A DNA stretch of 52,595 nucleotides, filler included, from Bipalium vagum (lineage: Eukaryota): assembly GCA_037834085.1 (NCBI GenBank). It is 3 parts of 3 records of this genome, joined end to end, with 100 filler letters (N's around TTAATTAATTAA, not from the genome) between each part and the next. Parts side by side here need not be neighbours in the genome. Positions count along the whole stretch, not along the records: positions 18,582 to 36,382 come from JBBMKC010050696.1; positions 36,483 to 52,595 come from JBBMKC010126280.1; 1 more part is not named here. One strand, 5' to 3'. The notes beneath the pieces are model-generated. The model ran no database searches. It was given only the letters and a program-made list of their open reading frames with translations, and was not told where the DNA came from. The position numbers and the translations under genes were made by a program. Shown piece by piece: positions 25,700 to 36,694 of this stretch. The first letter of the stretch is position 1. Each line of letters starts with the position of its first letter.

Positions 25700-26680
25700 T
25701 CTTTACGAAAGTTTTCAAACAGATTTTACTACTTCTCTCAGTAAATTGCAGATTAAAACTCGATTCTTCGCATTTCTGAACTTAACAATAGGATCACAAT
25801 TCTTATTAGAATCTTTGTATTTGATCTTACACATGACCATTAATTTTCAGTTGATCTCAAAATTGGAACTTTAGGTGAATTATCAGTATTGGTTACAAGT
25901 GATATGTTTTCTTTTTTTAAATATTCTACTATAAAGTGGGTATATGATGTTGTGAGATCTGGCCAAAATAATACGTCATTATCTTTTTTGAATGTATGAA
26001 TAAAAGGATTTATCGCTATTTTATGCATTTCTCGAGATAAATTTTGGTAAGTATGGTACCTTTATGAATATATGAATATGAATATATGAATATATGAATT
26101 ATGTAAATGCCATCATTATGCACAATGGGCTGCCAGACCAAATTTTTATCAAAATATTTCTAAGCACTTTCCAATTTAACTCGCAATCTACATCCCTCTT
26201 ATATAGTGTTATATAACTCTTTCCCAGGTAAATTGGTTGAATCAATTGGACAATATGTTTCATCATCAATAAAAAAGAATATTTGACCAGAAAATTTGTA
26301 AAACTTTCTGCTCGATCTTTCAGTTCTCTTTGATTTTTAACAAATTCTTATGATTTTTGTTCATAATTATGATATACAATTTCTTCTTTGCTCTATATGT
26401 ACACCCCTTTCATATTTTAAATTTTGAGATCTTGGGTTTTTATATTGTTAAATTTTGATTTTGTTAATAAAAATTGTTTTTAGGATCAGCATACTTTGAA
26501 TGTTCAAATGTTCCAGTGTTTGTGTACCATTTAATAACACTGAATCTATGTTGTTTAAGTACTCTTTCTATGAAATGACTCACTATCGATTTACATTTGT
26601 TATTTGATGGCTGAAAAAATTATAATTGTTACATATTCTTCGCATTTCTTCCTCTTCTCATGCTCAAAAAATAATTTGTT
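25700..26680 (-). mobile_element. Degenerate DD37E-like (ITmD37E/TRT) Tc1-superfamily transposase
   Basis: FFIDDETY and VLFWPDLTTSY..NSPKVPILRSTEN*W match the WPDLASSHY / NPPNVPQLRPIENFW motifs. Confidence 0.75.
26063..26100. repeat. (ATGAATAT)n short tandem repeat
   Basis: About four copies inside the DD37E-like relic. Confidence 0.85.
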
Positions 26681-26914
26681 CCCTAAATAAGTTTAATAAG
26701 TCAAAATGAATAAAAATTACTGTAAAAAAATTAGTAAACTGACTTTAAATCGTTACCAATTAATAGTTTGAAGCAGTCTGATTAAACATGGGCATCAATT
26801 AGTTATTTTACTTATTTTATTAACTGAATATATAATTTTAAAATGTAATACAATATTAAATAATAAATTATTAATAAAAATAATTAATTGAAATACAAAG
26901 AATATATTTTTAAC

Positions 26915-27537
26915 CTATTCAAACATCCTTTAAATCCTTTTCGTAAAGACGCCATCCAGACGCTGGAAGGGAAATATTTAATCGATGTCTTTGTAAACTG
27001 ATCACCGCCCAAAATTATCTCCGAGGTGAAGAATACTGAAAAGTCTCTTTGAAAATCAGATAATCCAGAATGAAACTGTCTCTCTGCATAAATATCGTTG
27101 AAATTTAACTTTGCAGTGACACTGGCAAAATCAAGCTGTAAATTGAAAGAGTATTTGTTTCCTTTATTAATGACACATTCTAAAGGATACCACATTGTTA
27201 TTTGGGACAAATAACCAATTCCTATAACCAAATGTAAGTCACGCACTTCAACAGAAATAAAATTCTCATTATTTATTGACCGGTGAAAATAAAGGAGAAA
27301 TGACACAGTTTGGGGTTGGAAATCAATATTAAGATTGTAATTTTTGTATGACTGATATCGACTTTTTAAAATGATAAAGGATTTGGAATTGAGAAAGGAA
27401 ATCGAGTGGAAGTCGTTTGTCTTTTGTTCACAGGATTTTGTAAATAAGACCGGTTCGCCGACTTCCGCGAACCCATGCTGCTTCCTTTGAGTGAGTTGCA
27501 AAACGTCCACCTGGATATTGTCCGCTTTGTATATGAC
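26915..27537 (-). CDS. Nrx-1: Alpha-neurexin-like exon: LNS2/LNS3 linker + LNS3 (laminin G)
   Basis: VIYKADNIQVDVLQL..SCE..SISFLNSKSFIIL..IILGG..FPSSVWMASLRKGFKGCLNR parallels neurexin [51 protein letters not shown]. Donor AG|GTTAAA at 26915; alternative acceptor at 27543. Confidence 0.85.
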
Positions 27538-27582
27538 CTGGACCTGGCATTAAAAGTTCATTTTATCAGTAAACATGCTTGC

Positions 27583-27726
27583 CTTGAACAGACATCCAAT
27601 AAAGTTTTTCATGTTTATCAATCTGTTCGAAACTCCTCCTATACTCAGGAAACGTGTTTTTATAAACAATGTCTGTGTGGAAAATAATTGTTTATAAATG
27701 AGAATGTCGTCTTCTTCAATGGAAAT
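27583..27726 (-). CDS. Nrx-1: Alpha-neurexin-like exon: C-terminal part of LNS2
   Basis: 144 nt, phase 0/0, ISIEEDDILIYKQLFSTQTLFIKTRFLSIGGVSNRLINMKNFIGCLFK (laminin-G GG...NF.GCL); aattag acceptor and AAG|GCAAGC donor. Not in the ORF track. Confidence 0.75.
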
Positions 27727-28614
27727 CTAATTAAATTATACTTTATTCTGAAAAAGAAATGGAAAAATTGAAGAAAATAGTTCGTAATTAAGGAAATCAT
27801 CGAAACCAGTCCCTTAATAAATGAAATATTGATTAATTCTTTCATCATTAATTAAAATTACTGATGGGAAGTATAATTTTTTACATTTAATCAGAAATTA
27901 AATAATTAATTTCTCATTTAATTATGCTTCCTTAATTAAAAGATAAAATTAAGTAAATGAAATCAATTGTGTATGTTCCTTGTAAACAATTAATAAAACG
28001 AATTTTGAAACGAAATTATATTTTTAATTATTTTTTTCTTTAATGAAAATTTTAAACGATTTTTTAACAAAATTTTCAAAACATTTCTTGTTTAAATAAA
28101 TTACATTTAAAACGTGTATGTATTTAAATTCTTTAGGAATTTTAAAATATAGAGATTTTTTTAGTTCTATTCAAAATTCCTTTTATTATCCTCGTTCATA
28201 AAAACAAGGAAACAATACAAATCTTTTTTTCAGAATTTTTTCCGAGACATTTGGAAAATCATACTTTTATTTTAAAAAATTCATTTTAAAGATAAACACC
28301 ACATAATTTCAATAGAAAATGAATTTGTTACAATTCAATACATGAGCCCTGGCAATAGGAATTAAATGGCAATAATATAAAATTAATTATTTAATTAAAT
28401 TAATTATTTTACAGAAGAGAGTAAAATTAATGGCATATTTCTTTAAAAATGATTTCTAAGACTTGTTGTTAATATGGTAAAGACCTTTCAAAGACTTTTT
28501 ATGTGTTAGTATTCTAGGATGTTCTTAGAAATTGAAAAGAATAAAACAACATTTATTATTCAAAAATAATTTTATTTTTCTACAAAATCTCCTTTTATTC
28601 ATCGACAATAATTT

Positions 28615-29125
28615 CATTATTAATGCATCTTGGTAGGAAACTTATCCTATGACAATATGATGCACAATCACTTGCCTATATTAATGTAACAACATTATTT
28701 ATAAGTTTAATTAAAGTTTCGTCATCTGATGTACAATTTCGTCTGATGCTATTTTTCCACTTTGCACAAATATTTTCGCATATGTTAAGATGAATATGGC
28801 TGAAGAAAGAATCAAAAATTACTTTTACTTTCAACAAATTTCTTTTAATTTTTGAGCCTTATGAAATGGAATATTATCCATTATGATGACAGAATAACAA
28901 TATCTTCAATCAATGAAATGATTTTAAGAGCAAATGTTTCGGTATTAAAAGGTGTTGATTTTATTTGATACCTAATAATATCTGTCTTTGGAATTGTACA
29001 GTACACAACAATATTTCCTGATCTCAAATTTGGCACTATATTTACCTTTATTACAGCTTTAACTGTTAATTTGAAATTTAAAACATCAGGGTTTTCATTT
29101 TTGGTATGGTCGTTAGGATACATAT
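28615..29125 (-). mobile_element. Degenerate IS630-like/Tc1 (DDE_3) transposase
   Basis: IIMDNIPFHKAQKLKEI..LNICENICAKWKNSIRR..DCASYCHRISFLPRCI. Confidence 0.75.
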
Positions 29126-29388
29126 CGATTGTTAGTTTTCTATATTTATTTGAGAGAATGTTTACAATTATTCAAAAATTTACAAAACGTATTTAATTAT
29201 GAATTTAAACGAATTTAAAATTGATTTTCCCACTTTGAAAATGTAGCTTCATAAATTTAAAATGAGAGTATAAACTCTAAATAAAATATATATATATTTT
29301 TACCTTTTATGTTTGTTACTGCCTTGGATCATACATCCATCAGTAGTATATTTGTAAGTTGTATTATACAGCGTGTTTATTATGTATG

Positions 29389-30629
29389 TTAGCATACTTT
29401 ATTTTTAAATTACAAGTTAAAAAATAAAGGTATTACTAATTCGTTTATATGGATTAAAAGTTTAATAAACCATTTAGTTAATTTTAAAATAAAATGGCTT
29501 TGAGTTTCTCGATGGAAGAAAGAATTCAAATTGTTGTATAGGACTCAAAATTTGATAATTTTGAAGAAGTAATTAAGCAATGGAAAAAGAAGTTTATCAC
29601 TCCACCACCAAGTAGGCAAACAATTTAAAAAATAGAGGAAAAGTTAAATAACACTGGAAGTGTTAATGACCAAGTAAAATCCGACACACCTCGTTCCGTA
29701 TTAACAACAAAAAAAATTCAAAGAGTGAAAAAATTGGTTGAAGAATGTAGCAAATTGTCTGTTCGGCAGGGTGCTAGGGAACTTGACATGACTGTAAGCA
29801 GTTACTACATGGCAATTAATGAAGCAGGCTTTCATTCATTTAAGCCGTCAACCGTAATTGAGATCAGCGATGACGACTTTGACCGAAAAATGGAATTTTG
29901 TCAGACAATGTTGGTACAATTTCAAAATGATTCTTCCTTGGTCAACAAGATAATATGGTCAAACGAGAGTAAGTTCATACTCACTGGAGTTGTTAACCGA
30001 CACAATTGCTATTATTGGGTCTAATCTAACTCTAAAATAACAATTCCTGTTAGAAACTCCAGAGACGGGATAACGGTGTGGTGTGGTTTAAGTTCACAAG
30101 GTATCATTGGACTATACTTCTTCAAAGATACGGTAACTGGTGAGTCATACCTGGAGATGCTGGAAAAGTTTTTAAAGTACTTACAACACGATGGAGCACC
30201 TGCGCACTATTTGCAAAAAGTCAGGAATTAGATAGACAAAAAGTTCCCAAATCCCTGGATTAGAAGACGTGGTCCAATTAAGTTGCCTCCTCGTTCGCCC
30301 GATCTAAGTCCGCCAGACTTCTTCTTGTGGGGATATCTAAAACAAAATGTGTACAGAGACAGACCTCATACAATCGCTGAGCTCAAGGATAAAATCAGCC
30401 ATGTTTGTAATGAAGTAGATACTGGAATGTACCAGCGAGCATGTCTAAATGTACTGTCTCAATTAAGCCATTGCCTGACTATCAACGAGCGTCTAATTAT
30501 ATAATTAAATATTGTATTTGTTTTTAAATATATGTTATTCAAATAAAAAAGTATTACCAACTTTATATCTTTATTGTTTGTTAAAATATTTAAAATGAAA
30601 GTATGTTAACATACATAATAAACACCCTG
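29389..30629 (+). mobile_element. Full-length inactive DD41D (rosa/Visitor) element, 1241 bp
   Basis: TA flanks; TIRs cag(c/g)gtgtttattatgtatgtta(g/a)catacttt (32 bp, 2 mismatches); transposase from ATG 29494 with [16 protein letters not shown] and PPRSPDLSPPDFFLWGYLK, 41 residues between the last two Asp; several stops. Confidence 0.95.
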
Positions 30630-30654
30630 TATATAAATCATTAATTAGTATCTT

Positions 30655-31220
30655 AGAAATTTGGACAACGAATATTGCAACGATATCCGATTTGAGTAAT
30701 ATCTTGTTTCCAACAAATGTGTTGATTATAATCAATTATTTATATCACAAACGAAAGTTTTCAAAAAATTTCCACTTTACCAAACATGTAATAGGCAAAT
30801 GCATTTATTACCTTTCCAAAATACGTCTTCAATGTGGGAAAAAATTGACTCAAAAAAAAAATCATTACTAAAAAATCGTTTATGATAATATAGAATTATC
30901 CTGCTCTGAAATATTATATATTGGATAACTGAGGCTAATCAAAAGCACAATAACATCAACGAAGCAAGCATTAGGAATAGTTCGCAAACCGTATACTATT
31001 GTTTTCTGAAAACTGGAGATGGTGTTGAAAGACAAAAAAGGGATTTGAATATTGGTAGAAATGAATGAAAAAAATTACGAAGCGAAAACTTATTCGTGGT
31101 ATTTATATTTGATTCTGAGTTATTAGCAGAACGGAAAGAACCTATACTAAAAATTTATCCCTGTCCGTAGTTGAAGAACAAATATTCTCGTATAAACACC
31201 ATTTTTAAATGGTTAAAGAT
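30655..31220 (-). pseudogene. Disabled neurexin-like 5' exon(s) (probable LNS1 and EGF1 remnants)
   Basis: aattag acceptor then IFNHLKMVFIREYLFFNYGQG*IFSIG (TAA at 31155-31157), similar to the invertebrate Nrx-1 LNS1 stretch as recalled (LRLRYNLGGGAQIITVG); further frameshifts and a Cys-containing remnant QHICWKQDITQIGYRC. Confidence 0.4.
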
Positions 31221-31629
31221 CTAATTATAATTTTTCACACACATACACACAATACAAGTTTCCTGTACAAACCTTAAACAAATTCTAACTCGAAATAAGA
31301 TACTGAATGGTAATTGGATTTTATTTTGCGGAAAAGTCACTGATTTGTAAAAAGCTTTTATTTATGTATAAATTTCTAACTGACTTTTCTAATATTATTT
31401 ACTATAATTGAAAAATATAACATTTTAACAAATCGTAAATGCATGCATTTCAGAATATTATCGATTTATGAAAAATTATTTAGATCGATTTCTTTACATA
31501 AAAAATCAAAATTAATGTTAACATGCACATAATTTCAGTGAATCTTAGAAATTTAATTTTTTCAAAGTGTTTTACATAGAAAAAATAAAACTTTTAATTG
31601 AATTTCAATTATAAAATTCATATAAATAC

Positions 31630-31653
31630 CTTCAGCTCATATCCATTGGGTGC
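31630..31653 (-). CDS. Candidate 24-nt micro-exon (APNGYELK) of the neurexin-like gene
   Basis: atttttag|GCACCCAATGGATATGAGCTGAAG|gtattt; symmetric, 50% GC island in very AT-rich DNA; phase fits the 31220 acceptor. Confidence 0.45.
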
Positions 31654-32022
31654 CTAAAAATATTTATGAAGTCAAAAAATTATTATTTTAAAAGAGAATA
31701 AAGAATTAAGAAAAATTTCTAATTTCAATTTAATTTTTCCAAATAATTATTAGGTTATCATTTTCTAAGGTAAAGTTTTAAAATGTGCTTTGTGAATATA
31801 ATATTCATTTATAAAATTGATAAGATGAATTAAAACATTTTTAATATAAAGTACATATTACACAATATTATGAACAGTGTTTATTTTAATATTTATAAAA
31901 AAATTAACACTATAAATGTTTTTTTTCAAAATATCAATACAATAATAGAAGGATCGATTTGAAAAAAAGTATTTTACGTATCCCTAATTATTATTATCAT
32001 TTATTATTATTGAGAATTATTC

Positions 32023-32093
32023 GGAGATACGGGGATTCGAACCCGGGACCTTCACATGTGCATGCACTGCTCTGACCGTTGAGCTACATCTTT
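32023..32093 (-). pseudogene. tRNA-Ala-derived pseudogene / SINE-like element
   Basis: gatgtagctcaacggtcagagc (A box) and ggtcccgggttcgaatcccc (B box/T arm), ending atctcc; anticodon arm and acceptor stem are broken; followed by an (AAT)-rich tail. Confidence 0.75.
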
Positions 32094-35000
32094 GAGATAC
32101 ATTTTAACTATGGACATAAAAGAATCTTTTAAAAAATAAGGATTAAGGTGTAAAAATAATAGTCTTTCAATTAATAATAGTTGAAAATAAATTTTAAGAT
32201 TTGTAAAACAATAAAATGACATTTTCTGGTAATATATTTCATTTATTTAAGCTTAGAAAATATTCGTCTTTTTTATACAATTTTTTAAAAAATCAGCATT
32301 TAATTATAGAAAACTAAGGCTACCAATAATGTGGTACAAAGGTTAAAAGCTGTTACAAGTATTTTTGTTAAGTTCTGTTCACGAAGAAATATTTCAAATT
32401 CTTTATTGAATGGGGAATTATTACTGAATAATTTCGTTTCTAAATAAATAAATATTTCGTTTAATATTTTAAAATAAAATTACGTATTTCATAAACAAAA
32501 TATTATTCCTGTAATAAGGCTGCAGAAGTGTGAATAAAATAATAACCATTATAATCATATATAAATTTTATATATAAGGTTTAAGGTAAAACATTGTCAC
32601 TTTTGTCTCAAATCAAAAGTCGATACGTCACCATGAAAAACCTTTTATTAATTAAAATATTCACCAATGTCACTTTGTCAACCCTTAAAAAGTTATTAAT
32701 ACCATCTTTAAAAAAACCCGATCATGGAATTTGACAAAAGAAGTAAATGCCTGTGGAACATTGTCTTGATTTTTGAGTTTCTAATTCTTGGAAAATGAAG
32801 AAATGAAGATATAATTATTGATACCATATTGATAATGTGCTTTTAATCATTAATTTTAATTTTGGAATATAAATTTATAATTTCTAAGTGTAAATTTTAT
32901 TCCTTAAAATTATTCTGAAATTACAAAAACATTTTTACGTACATTTAAGATATAAATAATATATAATATAAAAAAAAGTTGATGTAAACATTAAAAATGA
33001 TTTCAAAAGCACAAGATAATCTATAAACAGCTTTGATATTGTCTTTATTATTTATGAAAAAATACTTTAATATGTATAAAATTATTTAATAAAAATATTC
33101 GTTTGGCTTTTCAATAATCTTCTGTTCTTTATACTTCTAAAAATTAAATGACCGTTCAAATAATCGCGTGGAACTCCTGCTCACCCAAATAATACTATTT
33201 TATTAATATTTTCATTTAATTATCTTTTCAAAAATTTAATTTAACTTGCACAGTAGCTTAATATTTCGTTCACATAACTACATGCATTCTCAATCAACAA
33301 TTAAGCCTTTACTTCAAAAGTTCTTTACCTTTTGCCGTTATTTGAATAATTCGTCCCCAGGTCATATGAATAAGAAAATAATAAAGAAATAAATTTTTTT
33401 GTCTTAAAAATATTTGAAGTAATTAACTTAATGATTTCTTTGAAAACCCTCTTTTCATATTATATTAATATTGCAATTTTTCAAAAGATCTTCTCCAAAT
33501 AAAATACTGTGAAGAATAATTATTTTAATCATTTCATTATTTAAATTACTGTTTAATTCGAGAGATTCTAATTAATCTCACAAAGCAACTAAATGTTTAC
33601 AAATTCCTACTGGAAAGCTATTTTGATATTAAATAGCGTAAATATAAAAAATTATTGAATTTTCACATTTTTTTGTTTTACTGAGGTGTTTTGATGTAAG
33701 CATATTATTTTTTGACTATTTACGAAATATGCTCCACAACATTATTATATATTATTATATTTTTAAATATTAATATAACTAAATGTCTAATTGGTTTTCG
33801 AGTCAGCTAAATAAAATTTTTAATTATTTATTAAGAATTTAAATATTTTTAAAATTATTATTTTAAAAAAAAAATTAAATGATATAACTATATTATTTTT
33901 TAAAATTATATTTTCAATGTGACGAAAGATTCCGGGAAGGGAAAAGCCGGCTTAATGTCATTGTATTTCTGAAATTTACATTTTACTATTTGATAAATTA
34001 AAAATTTTAGAATTTTTTTCTTTTTTTTAAAAAATAATTTAGTGTCATTTTAAAAATTGTAATAAGTCTGTGAAAGTTTAAAATCATTTTAAAAGTAAAA
34101 TTTGATTAATCAACATTAAAGGAAATAATCTCTTTTGAGGGTTGAACATCAACAAAGTTAATTTATTGCTTTTTATAAAAGTTTTATTTTTATCACCTAC
34201 TCCCTTTATGAAAGAGATGTATATAGTAATAGAAAATGAAAATAACTAAGATAACAATTGATTTTTCCAAAAATTAGTTTTTATACACAAATTTTGCAAT
34301 TTTATTTTTTTGAAAAAAGAGTTTTTATTATTATTATCGAATTAATTATTTTTATATCCTCTTGATTAGGAAAAATCGAAGAGGTCCTGTGTTATGAAAA
34401 TCATACTCTCTAAACCCTAGAGATTAGTAGAGCAATTTTGCGCAATAACAATAAAAAAGAAAAATGGAAATATTGAAAAAAATGTTTTAATTATCGAATT
34501 TTAATTAATTCATTTATAACTTTAACTTTGTTTTAAATTAGTTCTTAATTTTTTAGATCCTTTTAATACGATTCTTTAATTAAAATGTTTTTGTGATTTT
34601 ATGGCCTGGTTCAATTTATTGGTTCCATGTAAAATTTACTATTTTTATATAAATTTTTACTAATTTTGAACAATAATTACTACAATTAAATGATAATTAT
34701 TAGAAATAGAGAATAATTTCTAATGATAGTAAGGTCCTTACAATTTAGTTATTTTTAGTAATTTTATTTATTTTAAAAAAATATTGTCTATTTTTAGTAT
34801 TTTTTAAAACGGTTTTAATTTATTTTAATTAAATTTTTACTTTATTAATATTTTTTGTTATAAATGAAATTTGCTTAAATTCATAACCAATTTTCAATAT
34901 TAAAAGAAACTTTACTTTTATTTTTATATTTTATTATGGTGTAATTAGAAAAGAATAAAAATTATAATTACATATTATTATTTAACATTATAATAACAGA

Positions 35001-35140
35001 AAAATGAAAAAAAAACAAAATGCTATTAAAATCAAATATCATAAGAATCAGAGTGTTAAAAGAATTAGTGAATAAAACAACACAAAGGCTTTTCAGAATC
35101 AATCAAAAAATGTTTTAAAGGATAATTTTAGCAATTTTAA

Positions 35141-35200
35141 CTGGCTGATTGATTGGAGATGCTTGGCTGACTGAAACTGGTTCTCTTTCGATTGGTTGTG
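35141..35200. promoter_or_regulatory. Possible promoter patch with paired CCAAT boxes
   Basis: ATTGG at 35152 and 35191 and repeated tggctga in a GC-richer island between the divergently oriented neurexin-like and P4H-like regions. Confidence 0.2.
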
Positions 35201-35582
35201 ATACATTGAGGTTGAGAACTGTAGATCTCATCATATCTTTTTACAACTTATTAATATTTATTTTTTTGGTTAAATGTTATCCAGATATTTTTTGTTGAAA
35301 GCTCAAGATATAATAAATCTTTATAAAAAGATCAGTCAATTTTCGTAATCCTTATTCGACCAATTAATAATTTATTTGATTACATCAACACTATTTGTGT
35401 TTTATTGTCGATTTTATGAAGTACATTAATTTTTAAACATTTTCGAGTAATTTGACGAATATTTGTACATCTCTTGGTCAGAAAGAGTTCATTATTTATG
35501 AAACTATAAATATTTTTATTTAGGAATTTTTCATCACTAATTTTTTATTAAGATGATATCCTGATAATACTTTATTATTGGA

Positions 35583-36281
35583 ATGACACTGGAGAAGCCA
35601 ATGGTGTCTTTATATCTAATTTTGTCTTTTTTGTCTAATATTTTCCTTGAAAAGCGAGATTGCCTTTGTATTTTTTCATCGGAAAAATTATTGAAATAAT
35701 TAAAATCAATTAATCAAATTTATCCCGAAACTCTTGATTTAATGGAATTAGTAGACATGGTTTTTACCTTTTGAACTTAAAATTTAAATTTTTTAAATGA
35801 TTGAAAAATCTGTTTTTGATAGGAAAACTGTTGATAAAATTTAAAGATGGACAAAATAACTTAATCAGGAAAACAAGAACCTGATAAAGTTGGCCAAGGG
35901 GGCAAATATTCACTTTTCTCATTTTATCGTGTTTATTGATTAAATGAAGAATTCAGAAAACTTTATGTATGTCATCAGAGCTAAATATGTACGAAAACAG
36001 TGGTATCAGGCAATATCTTTCAATTCGAGAACAATTTGAAAGCATTACAGTTAGATATAAACTGAAAAAAAATGTTAATTTTTGGCGGTGAGCTAATGGT
36101 ATAATTTATTTAAAGGTGCTAAAATCTGCTGAACCAGAGGACTATTTTTAATGTATTGATAAATATTAAATTACGAATTGTAAGTCATCTTTGGTACAGG
36201 AGCTATAATAAGAGCAAATTTTCTGAAGGTCCAAGAAGTTACTAAATCAGAAATCACAATATCTGAAGGTTATCTACCAAG
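35583..36281 (+). pseudogene. Decayed gene, tentatively prolyl 4-hydroxylase alpha-like N-terminus
   Basis: Signal-peptide-like MVSLYLILSFLSNIF..CLCIFSS, several in-frame stops, and GAIIRANFLKVQEVTKSEITISEGYLP resembling P4HA GAAKALLRLQDTYNLDTDTISKGNLP; cut by a TIR at 36284. Confidence 0.3.
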
Positions 36282-36283
36282 TA

Positions 36284-36382
36284 TAGGGTGTCTCAGAAAT
36301 CATGCAGATTTGAATTAAATAAAAAACCTTTTTATTTCTTAAAATTAATTAATTTTTTAATTTAATTGCAAAGTATACATGA
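36284..36382. mobile_element. Terminus of a Tc1/mariner-superfamily element running into the spacer
   Basis: TA followed by tagggtgtctcagaaa, similar to the cagggtg termini of the DD41D elements in this window. Confidence 0.5.
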
Positions 36383-36482
36383 NNNNNNNNNNNNNNNNNN
36401 NNNNNNNNNNNNNNNNNNNNNNNNNNTTAATTAATTAANNNNNNNNNNNNNNNNNNNNNNNNNNNNNNNNNNNNNNNNNNNN
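36383..36482. other. Artificial contig spacer (44 N + TTAATTAATTAA + 44 N)
   Basis: Identical in structure to 18482-18581. Confidence 0.95.
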
Positions 36483-36605
36483 GAGAATACTTCAAGAATA
36501 ATTCCCAGATGAAGATCAGTTCTAAAAAGTATATAAGCAGAGGGATTCTAGCATATTTTTATCCCTCAGAAATCGCACTAAGCAGGGAAAGGATTGCAGA
36601 GAACT

Positions 36606-36694
36606 ACTGACATTATTTTACGGAAGATATGGAGAAGACTGACATTATTCTATGGAAGATACGGAAAAGACTGACATTATTTTACTGAAGATAC
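36606..36694. repeat. 32-bp minisatellite, about 2.8 copies
   Basis: Unit actgacattatt(t/c)ta(c/t)ggaagata(t/c)gga(g/a)aag. Confidence 0.85.

Noticed and set aside
32023-32093. Functional tRNA-Ala gene
   Set aside because: The 5' acceptor stem is mutated and the anticodon arm cannot form; treated as a pseudogene/SINE.
7586-36283. Stop-codon reassignment (TAA/TAG read as Gln) to explain in-frame stops in gene relics
   Set aside because: CBP has 1972 codons with abundant CAA/CAG, no internal TAA/TAG, and ends in TAA; the relics also contain TGA and frameshifts, as expected for ordinary decay.
36606-36694. CRISPR-like array (also 51853-51922)
   Set aside because: Head-to-tail units without unique spacers, no cas genes, eukaryotic context.
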